A stretch of DNA of 55,549 nucleotides, filler included, from Porpidia crustulata (taxonomy: Eukaryota): assembly GCA_964255105.1 (NCBI GenBank). It is 5 parts of 5 records of this genome, joined end to end, with 100 filler letters (N's around TTAATTAATTAA, not from the genome) between each part and the next. Parts side by side here need not be neighbours in the genome. Positions count along the whole stretch, not along the records: positions 11,145 to 22,184 come from CAXUWE010000706.1; positions 22,285 to 33,313 come from CAXUWE010000707.1; 3 more parts are not named here. One strand, given 5' to 3'. The translations under genes were made by a program, and so were the position numbers. Shown piece by piece: positions 11,895 to 26,757 of the stretch. Numbering within the stretch: position 1 is the first letter of the stretch; each line of letters begins with the position of its first letter. The notes under the pieces were generated by a model that saw only the letters and a list, made by a program, of their open reading frames with translations, ran no database searches and was not told where the DNA came from.

Positions 11895-14800
11895 TCAATC
11901 AAATCTTCCCTTTCCCCGGGCCTTCACATCAGCTTTACTTTTCTCCTCCGCCAAACTCAACTGTAACGCAAAATTCAAATCGTCCGGCTCTGGAATTGGA
12001 CCAATAATTTTCGCCCTCGGCGGCGACTGTGACGGCGATCTACGGTTCTTGGAATACTTGATTGAGAAATCGTTGCTAGACGGGAGTGCAGCGATGCTAG
12101 AGCTTGACGCGAGCGCTTTTTCATTCTCGAGCAAGAGACTCAACCGGATTGCTTCAGCAATGTCGGCGTCGATGTCGTGATCTGGAGAGCTGGTGGGTAT
12201 GACTCCTTCGGTGATGGTCTCCTTGGACAAGCCGTCATTGCTGCTGACGCTCAAGCTTTTTCGTCGTTGCTCATCGCTCGCTGCTGCTTCTTCGCTAAGT
12301 AGAGTTGCGTAAGCCAGAATTTCATCTTCGCTGGCACCAGGTCCTAGTAAATCCAATCCAAACCGTCCTGCCAATCTTTCCTCCTCTTTCCTCCGACTCA
12401 GCTTTTCTTGCTCAAGTTCGACCTTTTCATTGGCAATATAGTCCTTCAATGCTGTTCGCCCGGTGCCGCTGAACTTATCAGCACCTTGGTTACTTCCACG
12501 TTCAGAGCGGCGCAGACGGCGCTTGCTACCCTTGTATTGATCTATTCCCGAGGAACTATAGCTCCAATAGCGTAAGTGCGTTCCTAGAGACACCATTCCA
12601 CGCAGTACAGTAGGGTCGGGGTCTAGACAGATGGCACCGGCGGCAAAGAGATTGATGCCAACACCTTGGGGAGAGGCCTCAGCTTGCACCAAGCGGCGGC
12701 GAGCGCGGGATGAGAAGCGAGAGTTCAAAGTGCGAATTGGCTCAACGGTCGAGGCTAGAGGGTCCCACGCCTGAACTAGGCCATCATTACCGCCGTGTAC
12801 AAGGTATAGGCCCGAGATTGCGAGGCAAGAGATTTGAGGAGAGTCGGTGTAGATCATCCTGACTGGTTTAATGCTGTTGTCAATGGAGCTGCTGCTGGAC
12901 GTGGGATCTCGGACATTCCAAAGAACTATGGTGCCGGTCTTTGTCCCTACGGCCAAGAATCGAGCCCGCTGACCTGGGGTATGCGATGTTGAAGTCGAAA
13001 ACGGTATCGTACCCAAGGGAGATAAGTATAGAGACGAAGAAGCGGAAGAATTTTTCGGCTGCAGAAGAGGGTCTTCCGAGGTGGTGAGAATCGCATAGCT
13101 GGAGTTGTCCATGCTAGTCGTCGTGATTTGAGCAGACTTCAAGCCCCCTAGCAGCAAGGATGACGAATGCCATTCTTCCACATAAACTTTCTCCAATACA
13201 AGACTTGCATCCGTGGCAGATTTACGCCTTACTGGCGTAACATTTTTGAAAGACCATGTTGCCATCGGCACGGGATCTGGCAAATGCCCACTGAAAAGAG
13301 ACGAATCTTTGGTTTCTCCGATGGAATCGATGATATCTTTCGATGTGTGGCCAGGATCGTCCATTCTGCATCGGGTAAACCTCTTAATTCCAGCCGCTTG
13401 TCCCTCATCGAGGCCACAGCTCGTAATCATTATACCTTCACCAGCTCCGTCCGCGTCGCTAGCAGCAAAGTCGACGTCGAGTCTCCTTCGCATATCCCAT
13501 CCCTCGCACACTCTGCGAAAGTGTTTCGGCTTTCTTTTCATGAAAGTTTCAATTTCCCTCGTCTCAGCGGCGATCTGGGCTAAGGTTAGGCCCATACCGA
13601 CGCAAGAAGAACGGGGAGTATAGCTTCCGTCTACTTCCAATGTATCAAATGGGTCTGGTCTGGCTGTGCGCCGAGTTGGTTCTATAAGCTTCCAATGAAT
13701 TGAACGACCCAAGCCCCAAGACAGCTGTTCAGCCTGATTAGCAGTAGGGCGTTTCTGAGCCGAACGAATTTCGACATGGCGAGACAAAACGTCTGTAAGG
13801 TAGTAGACCTCTCCAAGGGCATTGAGAACAACAGCCCAGACTCTCTTGGAAGCATGACGCTTTGCGCTATATTCTTCATCAACGCAAATGGCAACGATGG
13901 GCACTCCTGGACTTATGACCCATCGAGCGGTAATTTCACCACGCTCAAGTCGTCTTTCGCCCAGCCCGCTGGTCCCTAGCGAATAAGAAGTGAGGACACC
14001 TTGTGAAGAGCCGGAAAGAATGCCGATCATCCCTTCAGAAATGTCTGGCACGCTGAAAGATTTGGCGATCCAGACAGCGCATATGGTTTCTTGACGTCCA
14101 GGGTTCGGGATACCGAGCTCCGGCAGCGACCTATCAAAGGTGCAAGTTATAAGTCGGCCTCGCTTCTCTTCCGTAGATCTAAAGTAGATCATACCACCAG
14201 GCGAACCTTCCGCGTAAACCATACCATACGGTTGGCTAACGTCCATGACATTAGGTACACCAACCACATCTCCAGCGCCAAGACCGTACTCAGCGTCGCC
14301 AGGAAATCGATCGACAAATTGCGAGAAACCTTGTGGATCAGAAAAGCCCCATTGATCCACCTTGCCAGCCTTGGGATCACTCAAGCAGGCAGACCCAACC
14401 TCATTAGCTCCATGAATGAAGCGAGGAAGCCTTTTATTGAAGCCTGTCCCAAACGTGGCGTGCAAGTGGTTGACAGTCGTAAGCATGTTTGAGTTGTAAG
14501 TCATCTGCGCATTACCACTATGGCCTGAGCCAGATCGGGATGACCCAGAATTGTTGGGACCTTCAAATTCTGCGGGCTTGCCGCGGGCCAGGGACCGTAG
14601 AAGTCGTGTGCGGAGGATGTACTCGCTACGCCATGATGCGAGGATCGTTAGTCGGGTGAACAGGCGCTTTTCTGATCTCAATGCATCTGGACTGTTGTTC
14701 GAGATATCGTGATCATGATCCAGAACTGTCAATACATCGGGACCGGGGAAAAACCGGGAGAATGCTACTCTCCAAGCATGCGGTGTGGTCACCAAGCTAT

Positions 14801-15319
14801 GGAATCGGTGTGATACCAGAGATACATCCGATAGTGTCTGCGGCGGAAGGTGAGAAAGTATGTGGGTCAGGACCTCTGCGTCGATTAGTGAAGTATTTCA
14901 TAGGAGGGACAGAACAGCAGACCATTTGGAAAGTCCGCGAGAGCTACAAGTACATTGCTCCGCTTCTGACCTCCTCTGATCACAGTAAATTCAGGACCAT
15001 TATTCCTTCTCCTAGGCGAGTAATTAGTAGCTTTTTCGTGTTCGATGATTCGGTCTACAGGCGACGGTGTCCTCGTCGCAATCGAGTTCAGCCGTCGCGT
15101 CGCCCTTTCGTGCGTTCCGTCATTATCTGCAGCAAGCGGTGACGCTGCATCTGCCAGCTCAAGAGATTTTGATGCTGCGTCAGCACCTTCTCCTGACTGG
15201 GAAAGGTATGGAGTATGTTTGTGCGGATGATTGAGTCCATGATGGCTAGGCAGTTGGGGATCTTCGGGATATGTAGTTGAGAGCGTTTTGTGAGAAGTAT
15301 TTGTAGGCTCTGATTGCAT
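11895..15319 (-). CDS. F-box / WD-repeat protein with C-terminal UIM-like motifs (Pof10-like)
   Basis: F-box split by an intron (LADFPN|EVLTHILSHLPPQTLSDVSLVSHRFHSLV); WD-like segments LAVGTKTGTIVLWNV and LVHGGNDGLVQAWD; UIM-like DIAEAIRLSL and DLNFALQLSLAE. Confidence 0.85.
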
Positions 15320-15766
15320 ATAAAGGTGTTGGAACTTGAGGAGACTTCAGTGGGACTGAGCCAGTCTTGGGTCAGTCAATAGCAGCACGAACGTGAAAGA
15401 ATTGTTATAGGAGAGTGAAATGGTGAAAGGAATCAATTGCTTGCTGAGTGGATGAGTGCCTACGGTGGCCGGAAACTATGGTAGACGTAGCAACGGTCTG
15501 CCCCTTTTATTTTACACTACATCGAACACGCAGCTTCTTTTGTAGTAGAAGTCGAAAACTATTTTCACCATCGTATCAACGTTGACTATCAGCGCAGACC
15601 AGCTTATCATCAACAATGATTGATATACGCCAATGTGTCTATGCACACTTTTACAAGAATCGCAGTGCCGTTTTGCCAACGTACATGGAGCATAATCCCC
15701 TCCACGCCAGATACTATACGGGCCCCTACCAGCGCTATGCTTTCAACTCAGTATTCTCGCGCAATA

Positions 15767-18700
15767 TCAAGGAACAAATAGCCTTGAAAAGCCCACAACA
15801 TCCTGCCTGCAACACACGCAAGTCCCGAAATTGTTCATTGCAAGACTTACCCTGCAATCTTCGCACAGGCTCAAGCATCGGCACGGCCATGCCAAAACCG
15901 TTCGTGGAGAGCTTTGGCAGACCACACACTGCGGACCTCCAGCTCCTAAGCCTTCTGCGCCGTCTCGCCAGTTTGACGGAGTATGCATATCAGTAGGTGT
16001 AGCTGCAGAACGGCGGGTAAGAATAAGGTGCTCTAAGACTTCTGCTTCCTCCTCCGGTGTAAGCTTCCCACTGTTCAAGCCCTTAGGACGATAGCGGGTT
16101 GAGGTGAGGACCCGTGCTTTTTCAAAATCCTGTGCATGTTGATACTGAGATCTTGTGACAACTCGATCGTTATTGAGGTGGTAAGCGAGCATCCGTGCTT
16201 CAAGGCGCTGTTCGGGATCCTTGGGGTCGAGAAGTCCGGCAAGTTGGGAAGCATCAAGCGCGTAGTCCAAAACGGGAGTGGTATCACGTACAGAGGAATT
16301 GGGATAACGTTGGGTAGGGGTTCTAGGACTGTCTCTATTGCTATCGCTTTCCCACTCGGCGTCACTTCGATCAGTAGGTATGGAGACGACGCTGGTAATA
16401 TCGTCATCTTGAGGAGGCGGTTGATAGCTACCGCTTTCATCACGATCACCCCACCAGCCGCCATGTGTCCACCAGCCATAAAGAGTCGAGTCAAGAGTCT
16501 TTTCCTCCTCTTCGCCCCATCTACCCCCTGCTGTCTGTAGTCTCCGCTTCGTTTCAACTTCTACGTCAAAGTTATCATTCTCTGGCAGAGAGAGAACGCC
16601 ATCATCCGACAAAAGCCAGAAATCGAGCGAACTTTGTTGTTGGGTTCCTGATATCACCTCTGTTTTGCGTGCCGGGTTCCTAGCACTGTGGCTCAATTTC
16701 CTCAGCCACTGGGGAATTCGTGTTATACCGGTCTTGCCTAGTGCTTTGACGGAACACATGGCAAGCCATCGTACCATAAGCCAAAAGATGCCCATGAAGA
16801 ACTCCCATACCATAACGTAACGGCCACTTCTCTGAAGAGCGCCGACACCATCTGCGCCCATTCGAGCGTTAACCCTACCAGGTGCTGACTTCAGAGTTTT
16901 GGTAGTCCTTTCACGAGCATAACCACTCCTCCAACCTCCAGATCGATTCTCTGATTGTGAATCACGATCTTCTGATAACGAGACACCGCTAGTAGCCATA
17001 CCCAAGGGGTCATCTGTAAGGTTTTGGGGAATACCAAACGAACTTTGCCGAGAATGTTCGATTTCTTTCATCCTCTCTTCCTCCAACCATGTCCATCTGC
17101 CAACTCCTATACGTCGTCCTTCATTAAGATATACCGCCTCGCTGGCGACAGTAAGCGCTGTGAAGCCAACTTTGAGCAGTGCTGTGTAAAAGTCCTCATG
17201 CATGTTCAAACGGATGCTCGATAACTGTGCATTTGCTTGCAGGTTTTCCTGGGCTGCTTTGAATCGCTCCGACCAAGTCCGTGGAGACGGTTCACCAAAA
17301 GGCGGGGCAAGTACGGATAATAGCAAAGCAAGAAGATATATACAAGCACAAATGCAAATCCCTACAAGGACTAAGAGGTGCGGTATGAATCCAACGATGC
17401 AGACGGTGGGAAAGCGTAAGATTGCAGCATCTGCACTAGCTCCAGGCTTGAAGCTGAAGAATCCCCACACGAACGAGCTCATAAAACATAGGCCCCACAC
17501 ACCCGTGTTAATCAGCCTGAATCTGCCCTGCATGTTCAATACACCGAGGACATGACTGGTCAGATTATTGAGGCAAGAAATCAGACCGATTAGAAGCACC
17601 TCCGGTGGCGTATTCAGCCGCTGGAAGAGGACGCTTTTGGTGACGAACCCAGACGCGCCAGATATTCCTTCCCCGTTAGCAGCATTTTTAGATCCACTAG
17701 CCTTGGGTGGTCCAAATGGAGAAAGGCCAAGCTGATTGCTAAGCATAGCCTCTGCTTCCGCGAATGCCAGTGAATGCTCAAATATGGACATCCCAGTCTC
17801 AGTCATTAGCGGACGGCCTTGAACGGCACAGGAGATAGTCTCGATAAATTGGCTTAAGCAAAGCGATTGGAAAAGAGGCCAAAGTAGCGATAGAGAACCA
17901 ATTGACCGTGGAGAGTCTTGATCTGACTGTATCATATTCACAGCCAGGCACGAATCTTTATCACTTTGCCAAAATAGCAGGGTCGAACTCAAGTAGTAGA
18001 GTAATCCACCATCTCCGGCGAAATCAAGGGCAAGATTCTTGTCTGGTTTACCGTACTTGACTGAAGAGAAGTCTGGGGACGACTGGCAGCGCATGGCTTG
18101 GAGTAGAGCTCTTGCATGGAAGAGAAACATCACAATGGGCACTATTCGTAGAGCTAATCGTAAGGTGAAATTCAGGTGGAGATGACGGCGTGAAGAGGCA
18201 TATATCTCGGTTCGATTAAGGATAATGGCCTATTGAGAGTCAGCAATGGCTTCGAAAAGTATGCGGGTACCCCGCTCAATGGAGGAGTACGAAGTACCAA
18301 GGTGAAGCAGGCAAGCGCCCATTTGCTTGTCATGTATGTGAAAACGCCTCCAAAATTTCTGATCTGCTGGAAGCTTAACGCATGGCTTAATGTTCCCCCT
18401 GATGGTCCCTCTGCGGCTCCAGTCTCTGCCGCTGTGGCGGCAGCGGTTCGATACGCAGAACCTATATCAGACAGCGCTGCTGGATGCATATTCTGTGTCC
18501 CTCCCCCGGTTGCCTCCGCGATAATACTGCCACTATGCCGTAACCCTAGGAAACTGTCCACACGATCTGGTACAGTGCCAAGGGCGTAAGAGCCCGCCCG
18601 AGCTACCATGCGGGGCAAAGCTAGTAGGAGGTCCTTGGGGGAAGGGCTGAGAAGCGTAGTCGCGTTCGATGTAGAAGCCTTCACATGCCCCAAAGCTGAG

Positions 18701-18792
18701 GCTAGGAATGAGAGAGACGCAGTTGTCTCGGAGTGTACTGCAGCCATGTTTGAAGCAAGCCACCCGGAGGCGATGGTTTGGGTAGAAGCCAT
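15767..18792 (-). CDS. Asi1/Asi3-like membrane RING E3 ubiquitin ligase
   Basis: Several transmembrane segments; motifs FIETISCAVQGRP and SIFEHSLAFAEAE; C-terminal RING CVVCQSSPRTVLAWPCRCLSLCEDCR...CVCCR; one intron near 18230-18300. Confidence 0.85.
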
Positions 18793-19619
18793 CTTATGGA
18801 CGGACTGGAGCCTTCACCATGAGGCTTCCACAAGTAAGCCTTCACTACCTCACCAAGAACGAACTCTTGCATGAGACAAATCTGAGAGATAATGAATGGA
18901 CAATGGATAGATAGTTAGGCATCTTTTCATTAAAGTGAACAATGATGGTGAGCAATCAATGAGAGAGAGCTACCTACCTAGGTGCCTAGCACTCTGGGTA
19001 CCTCGGCAAGCTCGGCTGTTTCGCGTCATCTTTCTAGGGCTGAATTCCGGTTATAAATCAGATGTGATCCCATCTCGTTTTCTCTGCGTCACATTCGGCA
19101 ACACGGCCATCTTGCTGTTATCATCCTTTAGCCCGCCACTTTCTTCAGTCTATGATCCTTCCAATTTACTTCTAGTCGTTCTTTTCACTTCGCTCAATGA
19201 TTGCTTTCTGCGTCTGCTGTAGAATTGGTGAGAACATTGAGAAGTCAACCCGAGAGCTATTTCATTGAATGACAAAGAGCGGAGAAAAAGATAGAGGAGC
19301 AGGTATGTTGGAGATGTTTCCGAGAGAAAGGTTGGGTGAACAGTGGAACATCCACAGATCAGTAGGTTTCTCAGATGTGATAATATAAGCCACGAATCAT
19401 TCGTCAATTTGATATTGGTAGAAAGAAAAACTCTCAGTCATATATAGTCATCTCATGGGGTGGGTAAGGGGTCCTATCGATGGTACATATATCTATCCAA
19501 ACGCCACTTGGCCTATGGTTTTTCTCAATGACCCACGTACGGAATCATGTAACAGGTGAAACGTAAGTATGTCATTTGACTACCACAGTATTGAGTCAGA
19601 TGATCATCTTAGTCGTGAT

Positions 19620-21801
19620 TCAGATTTGCCAAATCTCGCTCCATCCATCTACGTGGCCTTCCAGGGCTTTCTCGAATCGCCCGATCCGAGGAGGTTTTCC
19701 TTCGCCGGTCTCGGGAAGGCACATCCATTGGCTCACAAGCCCTGGGACCTCTTCCTTGACGTGACTGATGCAGATCAATGCTTGATCCTCAGTCAAGCCA
19801 GAGATCGCCAGACCTGCAGAAGACTGCTCATTTCCGACAAAGGACTCTTTCCTTCCCGAAGATTCGATATGGCGAGGTATACCCCAAGTCAAGAAGGACA
19901 TGCATTTATCACGCATAGATTCATCCATACCGCTGAACGCCTCGTCTAACACAATCAAGTCTGGTTTCTTCACAAGTGCTCTAAGAAAAAGGGCTACTCG
20001 CTGGGATGAGAAGGGAACGTCGCCGAAGAGAAGAGTATCTGCCCACTGGGTCTGTCCTGAGAGTGGAACTGCATGCTTTAGAGGCCGGTCATGCTCAGTA
20101 GTCCTAAAGAGAGAATTCAATTCTGGTTCGAACCATTGCAGGCAGCGATTTACTACCGCACCGTGGCGATGGCTGAGCCGAGGGGTGCCGAGGAAAGTAT
20201 CAGCCCAAGCATTTTGAAGCGTCTGGCGTATCGTGAGGTTACGAGGGAAGAAGGCGTGTATTTCGGGAGAAGATTGGCCGATTCGAGCCTGTATGTCGAA
20301 GATGGAAATTCCAGGATGTCCTGGGGTTGGCAGACGACCATGGCCGAATACTTTGATAGGAAGTGAGTAAGATTGGGGGTGATCTGAGCAAATTAGGGAT
20401 ATCAGTGTGGTCTTTCCCGATCCTGTAAGGTTTTAGGCGTTGTCAAAGAATGATGGAGAGGTCAACAAGTTTACCGTTTGGACCGAAGATGCCCCATCTT
20501 TCTCCTCGTCTCACCGTCCACCATAGTCCCTCTCTCAGATGACCATCAATGTTTTGCTTCCAATCACCAAGCACCCGCTTCTCTCCATATCTAATGACGA
20601 CGTTTTGCATTTCTACTAGTGCCTCACCAAATATCGGCGGCGCTTTATTTTGCGATGATACATCTTGGCAGCTGTTCAAAGATGACTCGGATGAATCATT
20701 TCTGGGGTTTGCCGGTGAATCCTGAAAGCGTTGGGGGTCACTTTTATCAATACGATTTACATTGAAATCCAATACATGTGGTAATGCATTGGATTCTGGC
20801 TCCTGTGTTTGACCGAATTCGCTGCTAAGGTGCTTGTATAATCCGTGATGTAAGGTGCGAATACACCCTAATACTTCTTCTTTTTGGCCTTGATACTCCA
20901 CATTGAGGTTAGGACCTAGATACACCAAGTGCGTGATCCAGTCTGGCAGAAGATCTTGTGTCCTTAGCGCTAATAAGAGACGAGGTGAAAGCCTTTTCGC
21001 AAGATCATGCAATAGTGGAGAGAGTGTTTTTAGAGTGGGCGGATCAAGTCCCATAAACGGCTCATCTAAAAGTAGAAGCTCAGGTCTACCCAACAAGGCC
21101 TTCGCTATTCTAGCCCGCCGAGTCTGCCCATTACTCAGATTTCCCATTGGCATATCGAGCAGGTCCTCAAGCCTTAGGTCCTGGACGACAGCACTAAGGC
21201 CTCCTAGATTCATTGCAGCTTTTCTCCCGTCTCCGGAAGGATTGAGCTCCGTATTTCCTTGAAGATAATCTAGCACGGAAAAGTCCGTGCTCTCCCTCCT
21301 GCTCTCATATCTTGCACTCAAATATGCCCCCCGCGTCCCAGACCGCCCGACACCGCCCCCTTCTCCATTGAAACCGACGTACTGTATAGCACGAGTGGGC
21401 ACGCGGAATTGAGGATCTTTCAGTTTAGCCTCGGGCGAACTGAGGTAGGGATAGGAACGAGCATTTGGCGGGACGCATAGATGCTGGCCTCGCAGTACCT
21501 CCAAAAAGGTTGTTTTACCCGCATTAGAAGGACCAAGTATCGCCCAGTGGTGCGGTTCAGAAGGGAATGAAGGAATGGAGAAGATCAAGGAGGGGAAAAG
21601 AGGGGGGTTTGGGGGGATATCTTTGCTTGTCGGTGATGGATATCGACGGTAGAAGGTTCCATTATTGACCTGAACTATTGGAGGCAACACAGAGGCAGTA
21701 TTATTCTTCCAGGAGTTGAAGGAAGACCGAGAGAGTGGATTTGAGGCTCTTCGCATATCCAGCTGCTGGCGGAACAATCGTGATTCACGGTGGAGTGTCA
21801 T
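19620..21801 (-). CDS. Soluble dual-ABC ATPase, ModF/YDR061W-like
   Basis: Two nucleotide-binding domains (GPSNAGKT, LSNGQTRR, LLLDEP; GPNG|SGKT, SFSSQR-like signature region, IVLDEA); no transmembrane segments; one intron. Confidence 0.85.
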
Positions 21802-22184
21802 TTTTCGTTAGGTCCGTATTTTATTGTTTTTTTCGTCTAGCCCAGGATGTTGTGGATGTCAACACTCCCAATGCTCGAGCATACATACTAATTGTGCATC
21901 ACTTACCATTCATCTCAATCGAATCCCCTATGGTAAGTTCAATATCCCTGGGCTTGGGCTGGATACATTAAGCTCAAGGAAAGATTGTGTGTTTTCGAGC
22001 GTTGGAGCTATTAGCCAGGGGAAAGGAAATTTCAAACGGGGCAGACTATGTAAGTAGAAAGACTTGTAGGAGGGTACAGGCAGGCATGAGGAGTCGACGG
22101 AAGAGGAGCGAATAGAGTGGTCAGCAAGGCACTCTAGTCTTCTAGGCAACTCCTTGTGCCTATAAGGAGGGGACGGGGGTGGAG

Positions 22185-22284
22185 NNNNNNNNNNNNNNNN
22201 NNNNNNNNNNNNNNNNNNNNNNNNNNNNTTAATTAATTAANNNNNNNNNNNNNNNNNNNNNNNNNNNNNNNNNNNNNNNNNNNN
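22185..22284. other. Synthetic contig linker
   Basis: N44-TTAATTAATTAA-N44. Confidence 0.98.
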
Positions 22285-22416
22285 GTGTAGCTCTCCGCCT
22301 TTTTCACCGATCCTCCGCCATCCTTCTTATTCGCATAAATACTTTTCTCTCTCTACACTCTGGGAACTCAAATCTAGGTATACTAATCTTGGAATAAGGG
22401 CACCCATTTCTCCACC

Positions 22417-24360
22417 ATGTCTACCAAGGACGCAATCATTGCAGCCTCCGCCAAATTTCCCAAGCCTGCCGACAGAACTTTTCAGTATGGAACCGCTGGT
22501 GTAAGTCTGGAGAGGCCTCAGATAGCCCGGCTTCTTGCTTATCTGATTTTCTTCTAGTTTCGTATGAATGCGTGGGTATCAACAAGATTCCATGACACCT
22601 TAGGCATCGTCACCTCCCAAAAGCATGGAAAGCTGACGCCTCATGCAATCGCAGACTGCTCCTCGATTCTGTTGTTTTTCGAGTGGGAATGCTAGCAGCC
22701 TTGCGCTCTCGGAAATTGAATGGTCAGGTCATCGGGGTCATGATTACAGCGAGTCATAATCCTCCAGACGATAACGGCGTCAAATTGGTAGATCCCATGG
22801 TATGAGCTAATATACCCTCAATTGATCTTCGACATATTGATTCTGAACAACCCAGGGCGAGATGCTTGAGGTACGCCTCTACGAACAGACATTTTGCAAT
22901 AGTAAAATGCCTGGTCTGACAACAACTTAGGGGTCTTGGGAGGCTTATGCGACTACTCTCGCCAATGCACCCTCTGATGAAGCCTTGGTTGAGGCTTACG
23001 AAAAGCTTACGGATCACATGAAAATAAAGCCAGACACCAAAGCACGCGTGGTGTTCGCCCGGGACACCCGAGCTTCTGGGCCTCGTTTAGTCTCAGCACT
23101 CGTCGAAGCCCTCCAAGCCACTGGAACCAGCCTCACCGATTACAAAATACTAACGACACCTCAACTACATTACCTCACAAGATGTCTGAACACCAAAGGC
23201 ACTCCTTATGAATATGGAGAGGCAACTGAGCAGGGGTACTACAGCAAGACCGCAGCAGCTCTCAAAACTGCGATGCACGGTAAAAATTTCAGTGGTGGGG
23301 TCACGGTCGATTGTGCGAACGGTGTCGGTGGACCAAAGCTTAGAGAACTTATCAAGCATCTGTCCAGTCCATCAGAAGCCGGCCTTGAAATCAAGGTTGT
23401 CAACGACGACGTACTGAAACCCGAGCGGTTAAACTATCAAGTGAGTCTGGTCTCACGTCACCTTTCACATCATGGAAAACCAACGACTAACATGAGTGAA
23501 AGTGCGGAGCCGACTTCGTCAAAACAGGTCAGCGTGCACCTCCCTCCTCACAAGCTGGCCCCATGACCCGCTGTGCCTCCCTCGATGGCGACGCCGACCG
23601 CATTGTCTATTATTTCATTGACTCAGACGGCATCTTCCGCCTCCTTGATGGCGACCGAATTGCCACCCTTGCCGCTCTGTTCATCTCTGATCTTGCCCGC
23701 TTAGCTGGCCTCTCTGAAAAACTGAAGGTTGGTGTGGTTCAGACCGCATACGCCAACGGCGCCTCCACCGCCTACATAACCAAAGACCTGAAACTTCCTG
23801 TTGTGTGCACCCCAACAGGCGTAAAGCATCTACACCACGCAGCAACCAAGTTCGACGTGGGCGTTTACTTCGAAGCCAACGGCCACGGCACCGTAGTCTT
23901 CTCTGACATCGCGCTTAAGCGCCTCACAAAGTACGAACCGCAATCACCCGCGCAATCTTCCGCCCTTTCCACCCTTCGGGCCCTCACACACCTCATCAAT
24001 CAGACCGTTGGCGACGCCCTCAGCGACCTTCTCCTCGTCGAAGTCATCCTAGCGCACAAGGGCTGGTCCCTACTCGAATGGGCAAGTACATACACCGATC
24101 TACCGAATCGTCTTGTGCGCGTTGAGGTTGTAGATCGGAACATATTTAAGGCTGTCGATGCAGAGAGGAAGCTTGAGAGCCCCCCGGGCGTGCAGGCGCA
24201 GATTGATGCACTGGTGGGCAAGTACAAGGACGGCAGGGCGTTTGCGAGGGCGAGTGGGACCGAGGATGCGGTGAGGGTATATGCGGAGGCGGCGACGAGG
24301 GGGGAGGCGGATGATCTGGCCGCAAAGGTCTCGGGCGTGGTCAAGGGGGCGGGAAGTTGA
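22417..24360 (+). CDS. PCM1: Phosphoacetylglucosamine mutase
   Basis: YGTAG|FRM, catalytic [37 protein letters not shown]; microexons at 22558-22571 and 22856-22870. Confidence 0.95.
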
Positions 24361-25015
24361 GAAGGGGAGTTGATATGGATGAGGCGATGAAAATTGGGAG
24401 GTCTTGGTGTTTTCGTTACAGGACCAGCCATGAGGCTCATGGCTGTGGAAAAGTTTAGGACGTTGGCTTATTGTGTGCAAGGCAGGTGCTAGGTGCATGC
24501 GATAGACGGCCATGAGAATCATGAATACGAGAATCTTTCACGACTAGGAGACTATTGCCAAATGGATACTTTCGAGGGGACCGGTCTGTATGTCGGTATA
24601 TAAGCCATATCTCCATACCAATGTTTCTACTGGACTCTGGCGAGCTTCGCAGCCATGACGTGGCCTACTAAACCATTTGGTGATCTCTAAACAGAGATAT
24701 TGATGCTGCCACGTGTGAACGGCATCTCGATGCCATCGCAGCTACCATCTATTAAGTGCAATGAGTCTTTACATAAGTTGGGCAGAACATCTATACAGAT
24801 ATCCTCCTCTTTTCTGCGCGCTCAGGGCGCTTGTATGATCATTGGCGTTTCAGCGTTCTGCCAAGTTGACAGCTTACCCTACGACGCTCGAATCTTGGTC
24901 TCCTCGCATTCCACGCAATCACAAAGCCCGGAATAACGCGATCGCTGCGACTGTTGTCAACTCTCTACTTTGTACGATTGAGCTAGTTTCCCTTTCAATA
25001 TTCTGTTCACTACGA

Positions 25016-26567
<1,552 letters not shown>

Positions 26568-26624
26568 TCAGTCATTCCTTATTGGGAAACGATGCGACAG
26601 AAACGTTTCCTCGATAGCGCCGAT

Positions 26625-26636
26625 CTTATCGATAAG
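26625..26636. promoter_or_regulatory. 12-bp palindrome CTTATCGATAAG in the RRP3/SSF1 bidirectional promoter
   Basis: Perfect palindrome in a divergent intergenic region of about 200 bp; regulatory role is inferred. Confidence 0.45.
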
Positions 26637-26757
26637 GTTAAGCGAGGCGAGCTTCGAAGGCGTTTGATTGGTTGCGCAATCGGCGAAACATTTCTTCGCC
26701 GTAGAATCTTCAATTCGATAACAGAAAATCCTCTCGGATTCATGATACAGACCTATC

